Source: Octopus sinensis
Taxonomy: Eukaryota
Reading direction: 5' to 3'
Assembly (NCBI RefSeq): GCF_006345805.1
Contig: NC_042998.1
Span: 73,718,001 to 73,782,000 of the forward strand
Length of the DNA stretch: 64,000 bases
Shown here: one piece after another, positions 51,195-64,000 of the stretch
Position numbering within the stretch: position 1 is the stretch's first letter
How the letters are laid out: the number at the start of each line of letters is the position of its first letter
The notes under the pieces: model-generated
Told to the model about the DNA's origin: nothing
What the model saw: the letters and a program-made list of their open reading frames with translations, nothing else
The model's database searches: none
Translations under genes and position numbers: made by a program

Positions 51195-52259
51195 AGTATA
51201 TATTTTGTATTTTTGATTTTTGAAATTTTGATTTTGACTCTTGAACGATGAGCGCTACGATGGATTTTGTTTCCAAGCTATGCGGATCTTAATCCGTATA
51301 GCAAAGTCTTATGTTTCTACATATACATCAGGAAAAACCTTCGACGCTGTTTTCAGGTTATTGTATTGTATAGGATTACCTTGATTATTTATATTACCTT
51401 GATTATTTATAAATGATCCAAAATAGGGTGTTATATTTTATTTTATATGTCTTTCGTATATATTTTAATTAATGCACCCATTCTTTTAAAAAAAAGCAAT
51501 GTTGTCAAAATTAGAATGTTGATGTAAGTATGTGTATAGCCGAGGATATGTATTTGTAAGCATACGTATCTGTGTATGTGTAAGTGAGAGTATGTTTGTG
51601 CTTAAGCACACATATACACGACTGTATGTGTATGTATCCATTCGAACTTGTTTGTATACTTGTCTCCATATATGCCAATAATGCCGTTACACAGATTGTA
51701 TACATAATTTTTTCTTATTTCGTTTTTTTCCCCACCCCTCCTTCGTTCCTTTTTCTCTCTCTTCCTTTTTTTCGTCCCCCCCTTACTCAGTATATGAGAA
51801 TCGCTACATACATGATTTTTAACTTGCGTGCGAGATGGTTTGCGTGAATATATGTACACATGTATTTATGTGTATATTTAGATTTATATTCATACGTCTG
51901 TATATGTATGGCGTTGGCGCGCATCCTTTTGTGTATGTTGATATATATATGCACATTTTAATAAAAATATGTATTGCAGTGTAATATTTATAACAGGTTT
52001 AATTCCTATGAATTAATTTATACTTTCTTCATTAACGTCAATATGTATTTTATTCAATGTAAGGTTTTTTCCTCGGATTTTATAATTTTTTATAAGTTTT
52101 TTATATATATATACATATATTTTTGACCTTTTTGTTTATCGCTTGAAGATTGACCATTTTTTTCTAAAGGGCCAATCAAACAAGTCCATTTCTTTTTAAA
52201 GGTGTAGCGTTTGTAAGAGTCTAGATTGAATTGATATAACGGTTCCATTCTGGCAAAAA

Positions 52260-52297
52260 CTGTCTGATGAACGGCAACGAGAAACTCAGAGTAACAG
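52260..52297 (+). ncRNA. Minimal type-I hammerhead motif, same family as 32280-32317
   Basis: CTGT-CTGATGA-acggcaacga-GAAA-CTC-a-GAG-TA^ACAG. The family ends at (TA)n at 52330. Confidence 0.65.
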
Positions 52298-52329
52298 ATT
52301 TTGTTGAATTTTCTGCTGCTTAAAATAAA

Positions 52330-52368
<39 letters not shown>

Positions 52369-52472
52369 CAAAATTAGAAATATTGCATTTCTATATATAT
52401 ATATATAAGTCTCAGAGAGACTTATACAGTAACAGCACGATAAAGTGATGGTTTGTTGCCAACTTAATGAGG

Positions 52473-52746
52473 CAGTCCCATTAAAGGAAAGAATGCTACT
52501 GCTATTTAGCCCCAGGAAACATCGTTTCTAGTTGCTAGCAGCGACATCTAGCAAACTAAGCTACTCCAGACTGATGAAGAGTAATGACTCTGAAACTAGT
52601 CTCTGGTGGCCTGTTTTGCTGGGTGGAGGTGCTTATCTCCTCTGCTTGAAAACTTAAGGACACAGAACGCTTGTATCACATAGCCAACTAGAAACGGTGT
52701 ATCTTGGGGCTAAATAGCAGTAGTATTCTTCCCTTACCTGGGACTG
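52473..52746. mobile_element. ~275-bp cassette: 62-bp inverted arms flanking a canonical hammerhead
   Basis: 52473-52534 versus 52685-52746 as reverse complements (8 mismatches). The HHR lies in the middle. Confidence 0.75.
52566..52606 (+). ncRNA. Canonical minimal type-I hammerhead ribozyme (GUC site)
   Basis: CCAGA-CTGATGA-AGAGT-aatg-ACTCT-GAAA-CTAG-TC^TCTGG. Stems I and II are perfect 5-bp helices and stem III is the palindrome ACTAGT. Predicted cleavage is after C52601. Confidence 0.85.
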
Positions 52747-53910
52747 TGCCGATACAGTTATAAAATTTTTACTGTAATGGTCAGAATTACTGCACATATA
52801 ATATAGATAGTTATCTCGCAAAACCTCGTTCTTACTCTCTTTTGAGTTGGATCAAAAACGAAATAAGAAGTTACTTTTGTAGTACTGAACCAACCAAATA
52901 GCACATTTTGATATTGTCGTAGGGCATAGAAACGGTGTTTGGTCAGGGTACATGTTCATATTTGGTAGTCAAACGGGGGAAAATTGACAACCCGGTCGGA
53001 AATACGGATGCCAGTGGCCTACCCATCCCTGCTATAAGCTGTAATGAATGTTACTAATACTTCGGAACCGAGGAGAATATTGCATTCATTGTTACTGTGA
53101 ATAAAGTAAGAATTTTTGCGTTCTTAAACGCAAGTATCTTACGCTATATGAATGTATCTTGAGAGTAAGAGATATTCCTTGAGTTTTTCAGGTATAAAGA
53201 AAATAAACCGCCCCTCCACCACAGAAGATTATTGTAGATAATTTTTTAAAATTTAAGCTAATTATAAGTGATTAAGTATAATACGTACTTAAAAAGAATG
53301 ACGATTATAAACAATGGAGGCAAAAAAATTACTTCGAATGTTAATAGATTTTAAAGAATTTAGTTAATCATAGAAAATATAATCAAAAACTCTTTTGTGC
53401 TGTCAGTCATACTAGCATTAAATAAGACATTTTTTACAATACTTTCAGGAAAAGTTCAATAATCTTCCCTCTTCTCTCTTTCTCTCTCCTTTTCTCCCCT
53501 CCCTTTTTCGTTCGCTCTCGCTTTCTCCTTCCTCTCTCCTACTCTCCTGTCTGTTGAAGAAGATTTTAATCCAGTACTTAAACCATCAATATGTGGAATT
53601 TCCTTGTTGGATGTAGTTTCCATTTCATCTTCATTCACATGGTTCACTGAATAGAAAAAAAAACTTCTGATTAAAACAATAATACGTTTGAAATGAAAAT
53701 GTGGGTGGGGAATTAGATAAAATATTTTCGGTTAAAAGAAATTCAAAACAAAAAAAAAGAAACGACATCAAACAATTATGGAATTAATTGAAAACCAATG
53801 GAGTGAAACAAAATTAGGCTATACGAATTTATTATTATTATTATTATTATTATTATCATCATCATCAATATTAATATTATCAATATCATCATCATTATCA
53901 TCATCATTAT

Positions 53911-54068
53911 TAAGGCGGCGGTCTGCAGAGTCGCTAGCACGCCAGGTAAAATGCATATCGACATTCCGTCCGTCTTTGCGTTCTAGGTTCAAATGCCTCC
54001 GGGCTCGACTTTGCCTTTCATCCTTTGTGGGGTGACAAAATAAGTACCATTTGAGCACTGAGATCGAT
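53911..54068 (+). mobile_element. SINE family A
   Basis: Head, box B and core are present. Confidence 0.75.
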
Positions 54069-54079
54069 GTAAAAATTAG

Positions 54080-54450
54080 AACGCCATCTTCGACGCACGC
54101 CGGGATAGGGTGGGGCTAGACGATAGGAGAACGGGTGTGAAAGCCTCACAAACGTCCTCAACCGCTTCTAACTGGCTGGTAGGTACTGACTGGATTTTGT
54201 GAACGCACCGATGTGGACATGGGCAGACAGCATCATGTCCTCCAGTTCGTATCTAGATAGAGTAATTTGTAGGCCTGTAGATAGATGTAACATAAGGTGT
54301 CCGCAATTCAAAGTTTTCCGCTATACAGACCACAAATTTGAGCTTTGTACAGTCGATCTAGATAGGATACTGGAAGCTGAATGCATCTTTCCCAGCGAGT
54401 CAAGCTTTCAAGGACCGGTTTAGGAACTTAGTCCATCAGAGATTGTCGGG
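54080..54450 (+). pseudogene. L1/Tx1-type APE endonuclease fragment
   Basis: WTW.....SSYLDRV..R..D....CPQF..FRYTDHK, followed by a WKLNASF-like segment in another frame. Confidence 0.55.
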
Positions 54451-55019
54451 TGCGTTTCTCCATGTTTGTATATTTTTATATATACTTCATATACATACAC
54501 ACATACATACAAACGCGCATGCGCACGCACACACAAATATTTAAATACTCACACGCATTAAGGCCCGCAAATGTGTGGCATACTAAGATGCATAATAACT
54601 CAGTAAGGAGGTACATCAGTTCATCAAATATCTACATTATTCATCGCTGAAATCGATGAAAATCCATTTCCTTGTAAATGTAAACTTGATAGCACATGTA
54701 GATATCTTGCTGTATGTATCATGGAAATTGGGATAATGTATATTCCAGTGTATTTTTAGGTATAAACAAAGGCACAAGTATGATATGGATATGTGTCGGC
54801 TGCATACATACCCAAATACATAAACGCACAAATACATATATACGCGCGTGTAGGCATGTATGTGTGAGGTGAGGGTGTTCATAAATGAGTGCGTATCTGC
54901 ATGCAGTGACAACATACTTACATCCATACACACGTGTATACATACATACTTTCGTGCAATTTAAGTACAAGAGATCTCCACCGAGTACCTAGAACATAAA
55001 AAGTAGAAAACATTGAAAG

Positions 55020-55640
55020 AGAACAAATGTAAGATGTGCGAGACCAAGACTGAAGACATCAACCACGCTATTGCCAACTGTGAGAGAATGGCTTCATAAT
55101 ATCTTTCCATGAGGAATAATGCGATGACCAAAACAGTCCGGAATAGAATAACAAAATAGACAACACCTACAGATGAAGTTGACTACGTTGAAACTGACGG
55201 GTCAAAATAATATTAGTGAAACTTAAAAAGATTAAAACAGGCACCAAGTTAAAACACAACCAGCAAGATATTGTTGCGTTGGACCACAAGAAAAGGATAT
55301 TTTCTATCGTGAAAATCAGCTGCCCTCTGGAGTGCAATGTGGCTCGAAAAATACAATTGAAAGAGGACATCTATGGACAATTGATAAGGAGTTTTCAAAT
55401 ACAGGACCGAATTTCAGTTTCATACTTATTATGATTGGAGCAACAGGATATATACCAACCCGTCTTGAGCAAAGTATGGCTAAAGTTGTGTTCTTGTGGA
55501 GGGAATGAAAATCCTTAATTTATACACAACAAATGGTTACGATATCTAGGACAGTAAAAATCTGCAAGACCTTCATATAAGATTGAAAGGATGATGAACA
55601 AAACAAGATTCTGCCCTTCACAACCTTGTAACCAAGCAAG
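55020..55640 (+). mobile_element. R4/Dong-like RLE retrotransposon fragment (CCHC knuckle plus PD-D endonuclease)
   Basis: KCKMCETKTEDINHAIANC and IKTGTKLKHNQQDIVALDHKKRIFSIVKISCPLECNV. Confidence 0.65.
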
Positions 55641-56379
55641 AAGCCGGTCAAAATTTGTTGTGAATTTAAATCAATAGAACATGCATAATACATACATACA
55701 TACATACATACATACATACATACATACATACATACATACATACATACATACATACATACATACATGCATGCATGCATGCATACGAGTGAGTGAACGAACT
55801 ATAGACATCAGCACTGAAATTAGCACTCAACACATGACGCTGAATATGCATTTTTAACAGTGACTCAGCTTTGCATGACTCGAAGTTTTGTTAACGTTTC
55901 CTACATGTTCAACGAAATTTGAAGGCAGAGCCGAGTCAGACTGCATATATATATATATATATGAGAGGTAATGATATCCAGAAGATCCAAGGTGGCAGGT
56001 AAGAGTAAGTAAGTGGTATGGAAGGACCGCAGTTAAACTCTCGGTTCGATAATGATACGAGTGAAGAGTCTAATGCAGGTATTGTATGAGTATCTCTATT
56101 GTATGTGTATCTCTAATGAAGGGATATCTCTAATATCCCAGAAACAAGTGTAAGACTAACTTTCTCTTTATAAATGTCCTGTTAATTCCTCACACCCTTA
56201 CCTTTGTTGTCTCATTTTATTTAACGAACACACACATACACACATATATACATACATACATATATACGTGTGTGTATGTATATACAGAGGGAGAGAGAGA
56301 AACCTACGTAATTCATACATATATACATATATATTGGCTTACGTAAACAGAATCTTGGAGGAGAAGTAGGGATCATACC

Positions 56380-56880
56380 AGTAAAAAGCAACGCATGAGT
56401 ATATATCTTGTAAGCTAGAAGATAACAACAGCATTGACAGAAAGAGTGGTCTCACCTAGACCTGCGATCTAAAAGGATATGCCATCGCCATCCAGGGAAA
56501 AGAGATAGCAACTAAATTCCTGATAAACAAAAGGGACAAATGTCGGCTCTGCTATACCAATGTGGAAGACATAACCCGCAACAGTAGAATTACTACGTGA
56601 TACTACCGGCCCTCAGGCTTAATCAAATTGTGAAGACTGCAACGTTATCCACAGGGAAGATTGCCTTTACATGCACCTCAAATGCAGTAAGTACACTCAT
56701 CTTTAAAAACAAGGAATAAAATCAATTCGGTGCAAACATAACAGATCTGATATCGTTTTGTAGGACAGAGAACAAAAGTCACGCACTGTTGTAGAGATCA
56801 GCTGCCCAATGGATGTGAATGTACAATGAAATATTCAGGAAAAAGAGCAAACTAATGCAGAACTTACAGCTCTTGTACTC
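56380..56880 (+). mobile_element. Second R4/Dong-like fragment
   Basis: GYAIAIQGKEIATKFL...KCRLCYTNVEDI and KHNRSDIV...VVEISCPMDVNV. Confidence 0.6.
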
Positions 56881-57422
56881 TGACTCAATTCTCATATGTA
56901 CCTATCCTCATAGGTACATTAGGCTACGTATCTACAATCTGACACAAAAGCCTAGACATATTAGGTTTTTCGAAGAAAGAGCAAAAGTAATTGAGCCGTA
57001 TTCTCCAAATCCAATTTACTGGCGACAGTGGAAATTTGTAAGACATTTCAAAGATTTTTTAAGTCGATTCAAAGATTGTAAGACATCTCAAAGAAATTCC
57101 AAAGATTCTCCACTTGAGATTATTTAGATGAATAGATGCAGACACTTGGATGCAGACACTCAACCAATACACCAGCTCAACTACATATTTACAAACACCA
57201 GGAAATCTCTTAACTCAAAAAGTCTTGTTTTGTTAACGACCGGATTGAACTATCTAAAGCACTTAAATAAAAACTCAAGGAAACAACATACATACTTACA
57301 CAAACACAAAACACAGCAGTTATATCTATTAAGTCACGTGCTTAAGTATCTATTATTTACACACATACACCTACATACTTTAAAAACATGTACACCATAC
57401 ACACACACACACACACACGCAC

Positions 57423-57467
<45 letters not shown>

Positions 57468-57469
57468 TC

Positions 57470-57690
57470 GTTTTGGGATTTGGTTTGCAAGATTCTTTAT
57501 GTGAGTTCGTGTGTTGAAGCATATTCTGTTATGTCTGGGGAGAGTCATTTTCTTTTTGTGCCTTATAAAATTTCCACTTATATACCGGTAAAATTTATAT
57601 TTCCACTTATATACCGGTAAAATTTCCACTTATTTCTTATTTTTACTTTCCTAAAATTTTCGTTACATCTTGCAACCTTTTCAATAGTCT
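57470..57690 (-). mobile_element. Family F repeat with variant HHR
   Basis: Minus strand: CTA-TTGAAAA-G-GTTGC-aagat-GTAAC-GAAA-AT-TT^TAG at about 57652-57688. A small internal duplication lies at 57571-57625. Confidence 0.7.
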
Positions 57691-58059
57691 GAAAATGTAT
57701 GTATGTATGTATTATGTAGATCGATATGTCTCTAACTTTCTAGTATGAGTCTGTCTCTGTGTATGCCTATGGGTATACCAGTGCATAGAATATAATTTAA
57801 GAGTGTATTATTTATGCAATGCAAGATGTTCTTCCGTTCCAGTTAAAGAATGTTCCTCCCCACTGTCACGCACACCTTCAATCTTGTACTGTTTATATTG
57901 CTACCACATTCATATTCTTCCAATTTTGCAGTAATGTCACGCATGGCTAGATAAGTTAGGAAATTCCATTTTTGCTGTGGTAGTCACGCGTCAGTGAGCA
58001 ACCTAGGAAACTAGCTTCCAACATGGATATCTTTCACTCGATTTCAGAGCACCTACGTA

Positions 58060-59010
58060 TCGGAGACTGCTGCTGCTGCTGCTGCTGCTGCTATGGTGGC
58101 TGCTATGGTGGTAGCGTCGGCGGTGGTGGTGGTGGTGGTGTCGTTGGTGCTGGTGGTGGTGTTGTTGGTGCTGGTGGTGGTGTCGTTGGTGCTGGTGCTG
58201 GTGTCGGCGGTGGTGGCAGCAGCAATGTGGTAATGGTAGTGATGGCGATAGTGCTGATGCGTGGGAATTCATTATGGTAGTGGTGGCTGTGTTGATGATG
58301 GTACTGGAAGTGGAGGTAGTAGGGGGAGTGGCATTGGAGATGCTGTTAGTGGTTGTGCTAATGTCTTATGTAGTGTCTGTGTATGTATGCATGTGCGTAT
58401 GTATATATATGTGTATGTATGTTTTTCTGTGCGTGTCTATGTATACATGTATGCATGTACATGTGCATGTATGGATGGATGGATGGATGGATGGATGGAT
58501 GGATGGATGGATGGATGGATGGATGGATGGATGTGTGGTTCTGATTCTGTAGGTAGTGTTAGTGATCGATGTGGAGGTTCTTTTGAGATATGGTATTTGT
58601 TGAGGTGGTCATGTGATTGAGGTGTTAGTGAAGTTTGATGATGGTGATATTGGTGATGACAGTGTTGAGAGTGGTGACGGTGGTGATAATGATAGTGGTA
58701 GTGATAGTGGTTGTAGGCGCAAAGTTGGAAGTAGTCGCGGTGGTGGTGGTAGTGGTGTGGTGATGGTGTTAGAAGTTGGTGGTTGGTGTTGTTGGTATTG
58801 ATGGTTGTGATGATGATGACGCATGTGTTTGCAACCATTCTGGTGATGCTTGCGTTGGCGATGGTTTTGATGGTGAGAGTGTTCGCATAGATGCTCGCGG
58901 TAGTGTTAATGATAGTGTTAGCAACAGTGGTTTCGATGGTATGTGGTGATATTGCAATATCGATGGTATGTGGTATACTTGCAGTAGTGATGGTTGTAGT
59001 GCAGATGCAT
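58060..59010. repeat. (TGC)n/(GGT)n/(GGAT)n low-complexity region
   Basis: Read directly. Confidence 0.85.
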
Positions 59011-59190
59011 GGTTGAACTAATTTGACATACTGACAGATATAACTGAAAGGCCTGTAACGCTCTTCAAACTTCTAGACTTTTATTTCTTAGAACAAATAA
59101 AACTTCCTGATAACAAATGAACATGAGTATGTGTTTGTATATGTGTGTGTTTGTATATGTGCGTGCAAGTATGTATGTACATGTGTGTGC

Positions 59191-59236
<46 letters not shown>

Positions 59237-59559
59237 TGTATGCGTGAACATGTGTGAATGGCTGTTACTTGCAGTGGGCTGTGGGACTTACAAGAAAGTT
59301 AACACACTCTACTGCCAGTGGCTAATATTAAACACACTTATGCATTTGAAAGTAAAAGAGCATATATTATGTATTGATTTGCATATTTATACGTCTGTAT
59401 ATCTGCATGCGCTTAAGTGTGATGGGTATATGTATCTCTGTGTATACGTGTGTATGTGTGTGTATGAATGTTCACATTTAGATTGATTAGATATGCATAG
59501 AAAGATACATGTACAGATATATGTTTGTATACAAGTATATATGTTTATATACATATGTC

Positions 59560-59673
59560 AATAGACACGCAGACCGATAGATAGATAGATAGATATATGT
59601 GTGTACAAATACAACTGTGTGTGGACATCTACATATATGTGTACACTTTTATTCATATATATATATATATACG

Positions 59674-59704
<31 letters not shown>

Positions 59705-59718
59705 TATATATATATACG

Positions 59719-59772
<54 letters not shown>

Positions 59773-59817
59773 GTATATATATATATGTATATGTATATAT
59801 ATATGTATATATATATA

Positions 59818-59866
<49 letters not shown>

Positions 59867-59883
59867 ATATATATATATATATA

Positions 59884-59916
<33 letters not shown>
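59560..59916. repeat. Long (TA)n-derived array with periodic G interruptions
   Basis: Read directly. Confidence 0.9.
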
Positions 59917-59989
59917 ATAACATTAATAATCACTACACCTCTTACTTCAACAACCATTTTTTAGACAGAGTGGAAAAAAAAACAGGCAC

Positions 59990-62230
59990 CACCGCTAACA
60001 CAGACCCATAATAAGAAAACGAAAATAATAAACCTCTCTAATAAAACCCTTACACCAACCAAAATTAAGATCATGGTCACAGGCTTGAAATTCACACCTA
60101 CACCCAAGAACACCCAAGGATGATATTTCAGAATTTTTCAGAAAGTTTCGTCTAACAGAATCTTTTACAAACCTCAACAATGCGGTATGATTCAATTGTC
60201 AAAAACAAAAGTAACTATCGACCATCAAAAGGAAGAAATAAAGCACTGGACGATTTTTGCAACCACATCCAGAGTCTCCCCTTTACTCCATACAAAACCA
60301 AGGTTAAGTCCAACTTTAATAGTGATGAATGGAAAAACCTACGAGACCTACAACAAGACAAAAGCCTTACGATTAAAGAAGCCGACAAAGGTAGTACTGT
60401 GGTCCTTATGGACACAGATTTTTATAAACATCTATTACTTTCCTTGCTAAACAACAATACTTTCAATGAAATAATTACCAATTATAAACAACAAAAAACA
60501 CTTAAAAACATCACCACCCTCATACTTCAACATGGTCAAGGGCTCACGGAAAAAGAAAAGGATTATATCAACAATTTTAAATGCAAGCCCAGCCTCTTTT
60601 ATGGCCTTCCTAAAGTCCATAAAAACAAATCCATCACCGAAGCCTGCAAACTCTCCTCTGGCACCCACATCAACATCAAGGCACCGGAGGACCTAAAACT
60701 AAGGCCCATCATTGCTGGCACCTTCTGCGAAACACACCGCTTGAGAATTTCCTGAACATTCTTTTGAAACCTTTCCTTAGTCACATCAAAAGTTTCATTA
60801 AAGATGATCTTGACATGCTCAAGCACCTCCTGAAAACAACTAACGAGGAGGTATTCTTGGTGTCCTTTGATGTTATCAACCTCTATACCAACATCCCACA
60901 TGAATATGGTATTGAGGCAATTGATTTCTGGCTGGAGAAACACCCAGAAGCATTTCCTAACCGCATTCACAAGACCTTCATTACGGAATCTCTCAAGTTC
61001 ATTCTGACAAACAATTATTTCCTCTTCGAAAACACACACTACCTTCAAAAATGTGGCATCGCGATGGGTAGCAAAACTGCACCAGTCCTTGCGAACCTCA
61101 TAATGGGTTTCTTCGAACTATCACACTATGAAATATCACGCCAGAAATTTGGACACCTTCCACATCTACTAAATAGAAAACTGGAAAAGGTACCTAGATG
61201 ATTGTTTCATCATATGGAAAGAATCTTATGAAAATCTTCTGGAATTCAAAACCTAACTGAACAACATACATCCCAACATTCAATTTACTATGGAATTCAG
61301 CAAACATCATCTCCCTTTTCTTGATCTCCTAATTATAAAAACACCTAACAACCAAATCACAACATCTACCACAAACCTGCAGACTCACAACAATACCTCC
61401 TCTTCAGTTCATGCCACCCAAAATACACCAATATAAATATCCCTTTCAACTTAGCTAAAAGGGTATGCACCATTGTCTCGGATCCAAAAATTCGAGCAAT
61501 ACGCCTTCAAGACCTCAAAAAAAAAACACTATTACAACGCCAATATCCCTCCACATTCATAGACCATGGAATAAAACGTACCAAAGAACTAGACAATAAT
61601 ACACTGAAAACCACCCAACATCAAAATGCTTCCATACATTTCCACTCACAGCCCCAAAAACCCCGAAGCATAGACCACAATCATACAACACACCCCCTTA
61701 CTGTCCACAGACCCAAAAATGAATAATATTATCAATACACATAAAATTCTTAAATACAAAAGGGAGCATAAATCTTTGAAAAAACTCTTAACAAATGCCA
61801 AACTTCACACACCACATCCACCCCATCGGTCAAAAAATGTGCACGCCCTAACTCTGGTACCTGCCCCTCCCTACTTGAAGTCTCTGAATTTACTTTCAAG
61901 CTAGGAACAAAGTTTAACATCAAGACCAACTTCTCCTGTACCTCCGAGAACCTCATCTACGTTCTCAAATGCGCGGGTTGCCAACACAATTATGTTGGAC
62001 AAACGAACCTTCCTTTACGCAGAAGTGTAGCAGTCCATAAAGAATAGATAAATCTCCCACAATGCCGTAAAATTCCACTCAGTAGACACATAGACTCTTG
62101 CGCTAGAGATAAAAATCCCAAATTTCACATATTCCCTTTCAACCAATGTAAAGACAGAATCTCTACACAAGAAAGAATCAACAAGGAGTATCCTTTTATT
62201 GAAAATTTCCAAACGCGTCTTAATATGTAA
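59990..62230 (+). mobile_element. Neptune-type Penelope-like element, near full-length ORF with many frameshifts
   Basis: IINLSNKTLT...GLKFTPTPK, IKEADKGSTVV, FYGLPKVHK, LRPII, SFDVINLYTNIP, GIAMGSKTAPVLANL and RYLDDCFIIW (about 61190). The linker is KKCARPNSGTCP and the EN is FSCTSENLIYVLKCAGCQHNYVGQT. The stop is at about 62228-62230. Confidence 0.85.
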
Positions 62231-62764
62231 ACTCCACGGTGACCATACTCCTTTTTCTAGCATCCTATCTGACAAAAAATTGATATAAGCATCCTGTTTG
62301 ACAAAAAATCCATCATTCCAATTAAAGAGCATAAAATTCACAGAAATGTTTCCCCTTACTCACGGGAACTAGATAACTCCTACCCCATTTCTTGTTTTGA
62401 CACACGATCAACCCACTCTTTCAAAATATACACTACATTTAAACACATGCATCCTAATCCTGCAAAGAAATTTTTCCAAGGACTATTATTGAACTCTAAA
62501 AGAATAAAGACTCTACAATGTATTGGTATACTTATTTATTTATTTTTGTATATATGTATTATTATTTTTTTGTAAAAACATTGTAAATTTCTTTTTCTCC
62601 TTCTTCAATTAAAAAAAAAATTTTCCCCTTCCAAATCTTGAAAATTTGCCTTGCCATAAAAGCCGATTTGATTTATTTTTTCTTTTTTAATTTTTCACTC
62701 ACCCATTTTTATTAAAATTTCCTTTCACTTTAGCATTCTGCCTTATTATAATTTTCCTCTCTCT

Positions 62765-62837
62765 AAAAAGTTAAGTAGCTGTTTTAACACCCAGTCATAG
62801 AGTTGCAGGAGCTGCGTTAGACAGCTTCCACCTGGTC

Positions 62838-62840
<3 letters not shown>
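62765..62840 (-). mobile_element. CR1-group RT micro-fragment
   Basis: FRPGGSCLTQLLQLYDWVLKQLL, homologous to about 9535-9600. Confidence 0.7.
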
Positions 62841-62885
<45 letters not shown>

Positions 62886-62899
62886 TGTTGTGTATATAT

Positions 62900-63190
62900 A
62901 TGTTCTGTTGTGTCTGGGGAGAGTCATTTTCTTTTTGTGCCTTATAATGTAACACACTCACCGGTAAAATTTCCACTTTTTTCTTATTTTTATTTTCCTA
63001 AAATTTTCGTTGCGTCTTGCAACCTTTTCAATAGTCTTGAGTCAAGACTATTAAAAAAGTGGAAATTTTACCGGTGAGTGTGTTACATTATAGGGCACAA
63101 AAAGAAAATGACTCTCCCCAGACACAACAATATGCTTCAACACACAAAATCATATAAAGAATCTTGCAAACCAATTCCCAAAACGAATAT
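62900..63190. repeat. Family F fold-back centred at g63041, with the right arm deleted over the HHR
   Basis: aatagtcttga-g-tcaagactatt. The left arm holds the minus-strand HHR variant at 62998-63034. The right arm resumes at aaaaaagtggaaattttaccgg. Confidence 0.8.
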
Positions 63191-63551
63191 ATATACATGT
63201 ATATATATATATGTATATATATATGTATACATGTATATACGTATACATATATATATATGTATACATGTATATATGTATATATATATATGTATACATGTAT
63301 ATATGTATACATATATATATATGTATACATGTATATATGTATATATATATGTATACATGTATATATATATATCTATATATATATACATGTATATACATGT
63401 GTATATATATGTATATATATACATGCATATATATATACATGTGTGTATATACATATATATATATATATATATGCATATATATATATATGCATATGTAGAT
63501 ACATACATACAAATATACGGCCATATGTAAATGTAGATACATACTGAAAAT

Positions 63552-63594
<43 letters not shown>

Positions 63595-63836
63595 ATATAT
63601 GCATGCATGCACGTATGTACAGTGGTACACTGAATTATATATAAGCATCTAGATATATGAAATAATATATATATATATATATGTCGCATATATTATGAGA
63701 AGTGTACAGGTTTATATGTACTTTAATGTATATTATGAAGCGCGTTTGGCTCTCACGTCAGTAATTTATAATGAAGAATTGCATATTGTTCATACGTATG
63801 CTTTAAGAGACATCTATATTAGTTCACATTAGTGTG

Positions 63837-63903
<67 letters not shown>

Positions 63904-64000
63904 TATTCATATTTACATAAATATTTATACATACATACACACACATATATATGCACATGCATACATATATCAGTATATATGTAAACACACACACATGTAT
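63188..64000. repeat. (TA)n / (TATATG)n / (TACATG)n cryptic microsatellite tract with short unique stretches
   Basis: Read directly. Confidence 0.85.

Noticed and set aside
58003-58957. Gly-rich and His-rich ORFs that look like structural proteins
   Set aside because: They derive from (GGT)n/(TGC)n/(GAT)n low-complexity DNA, with no splice or domain support.

Overview
A 64-kb AT-rich eukaryotic window, dense in microsatellites and transposable-element debris. I recognise no host protein-coding gene, rRNA, genuine tRNA gene or CRISPR array. The mix of (TA)n/(CA)n/(GATA)n/(AAT)n runs and tRNA-headed SINEs looks like a mollusc, probably an octopod genome (inference, not a database hit). Coding relics: a decayed Chapaev3-like DNA transposon (5283-8124), CR1-type, RTE, HERO-like, R4/Dong-like and Tx1-like LINE fragments, mariner and maT fragments, two Helitrons of one family, and two Penelope-like elements (PLEs), one with a single frameshift (49158-51194) and one Neptune-type (about 59990-62230). 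The main unannotated signal is a set of type-I hammerhead ribozyme (HHR) motifs in about eight unrelated short repeat families, which I folded by hand. Four cases stand out. (1) A 1.7-mer tandem of a 432-bp unit with an intact HHR in each copy, which could release a 432-nt monomer or circular RNA (retrozyme-like, 28861-29584). (2) A canonical GUC hammerhead between 62-bp inverted arms (52473-52746). (3) A tRNA-headed SINE carrying an HHR (24473-24790). (4) A back-to-back opposite-strand HHR pair (12135-12232). Several HHR families also form near-perfect fold-back palindromes. One RTE insertion has a twin-priming-type 5' inversion with a target-site duplication. No ribozyme activity or transcription can be shown from sequence alone.
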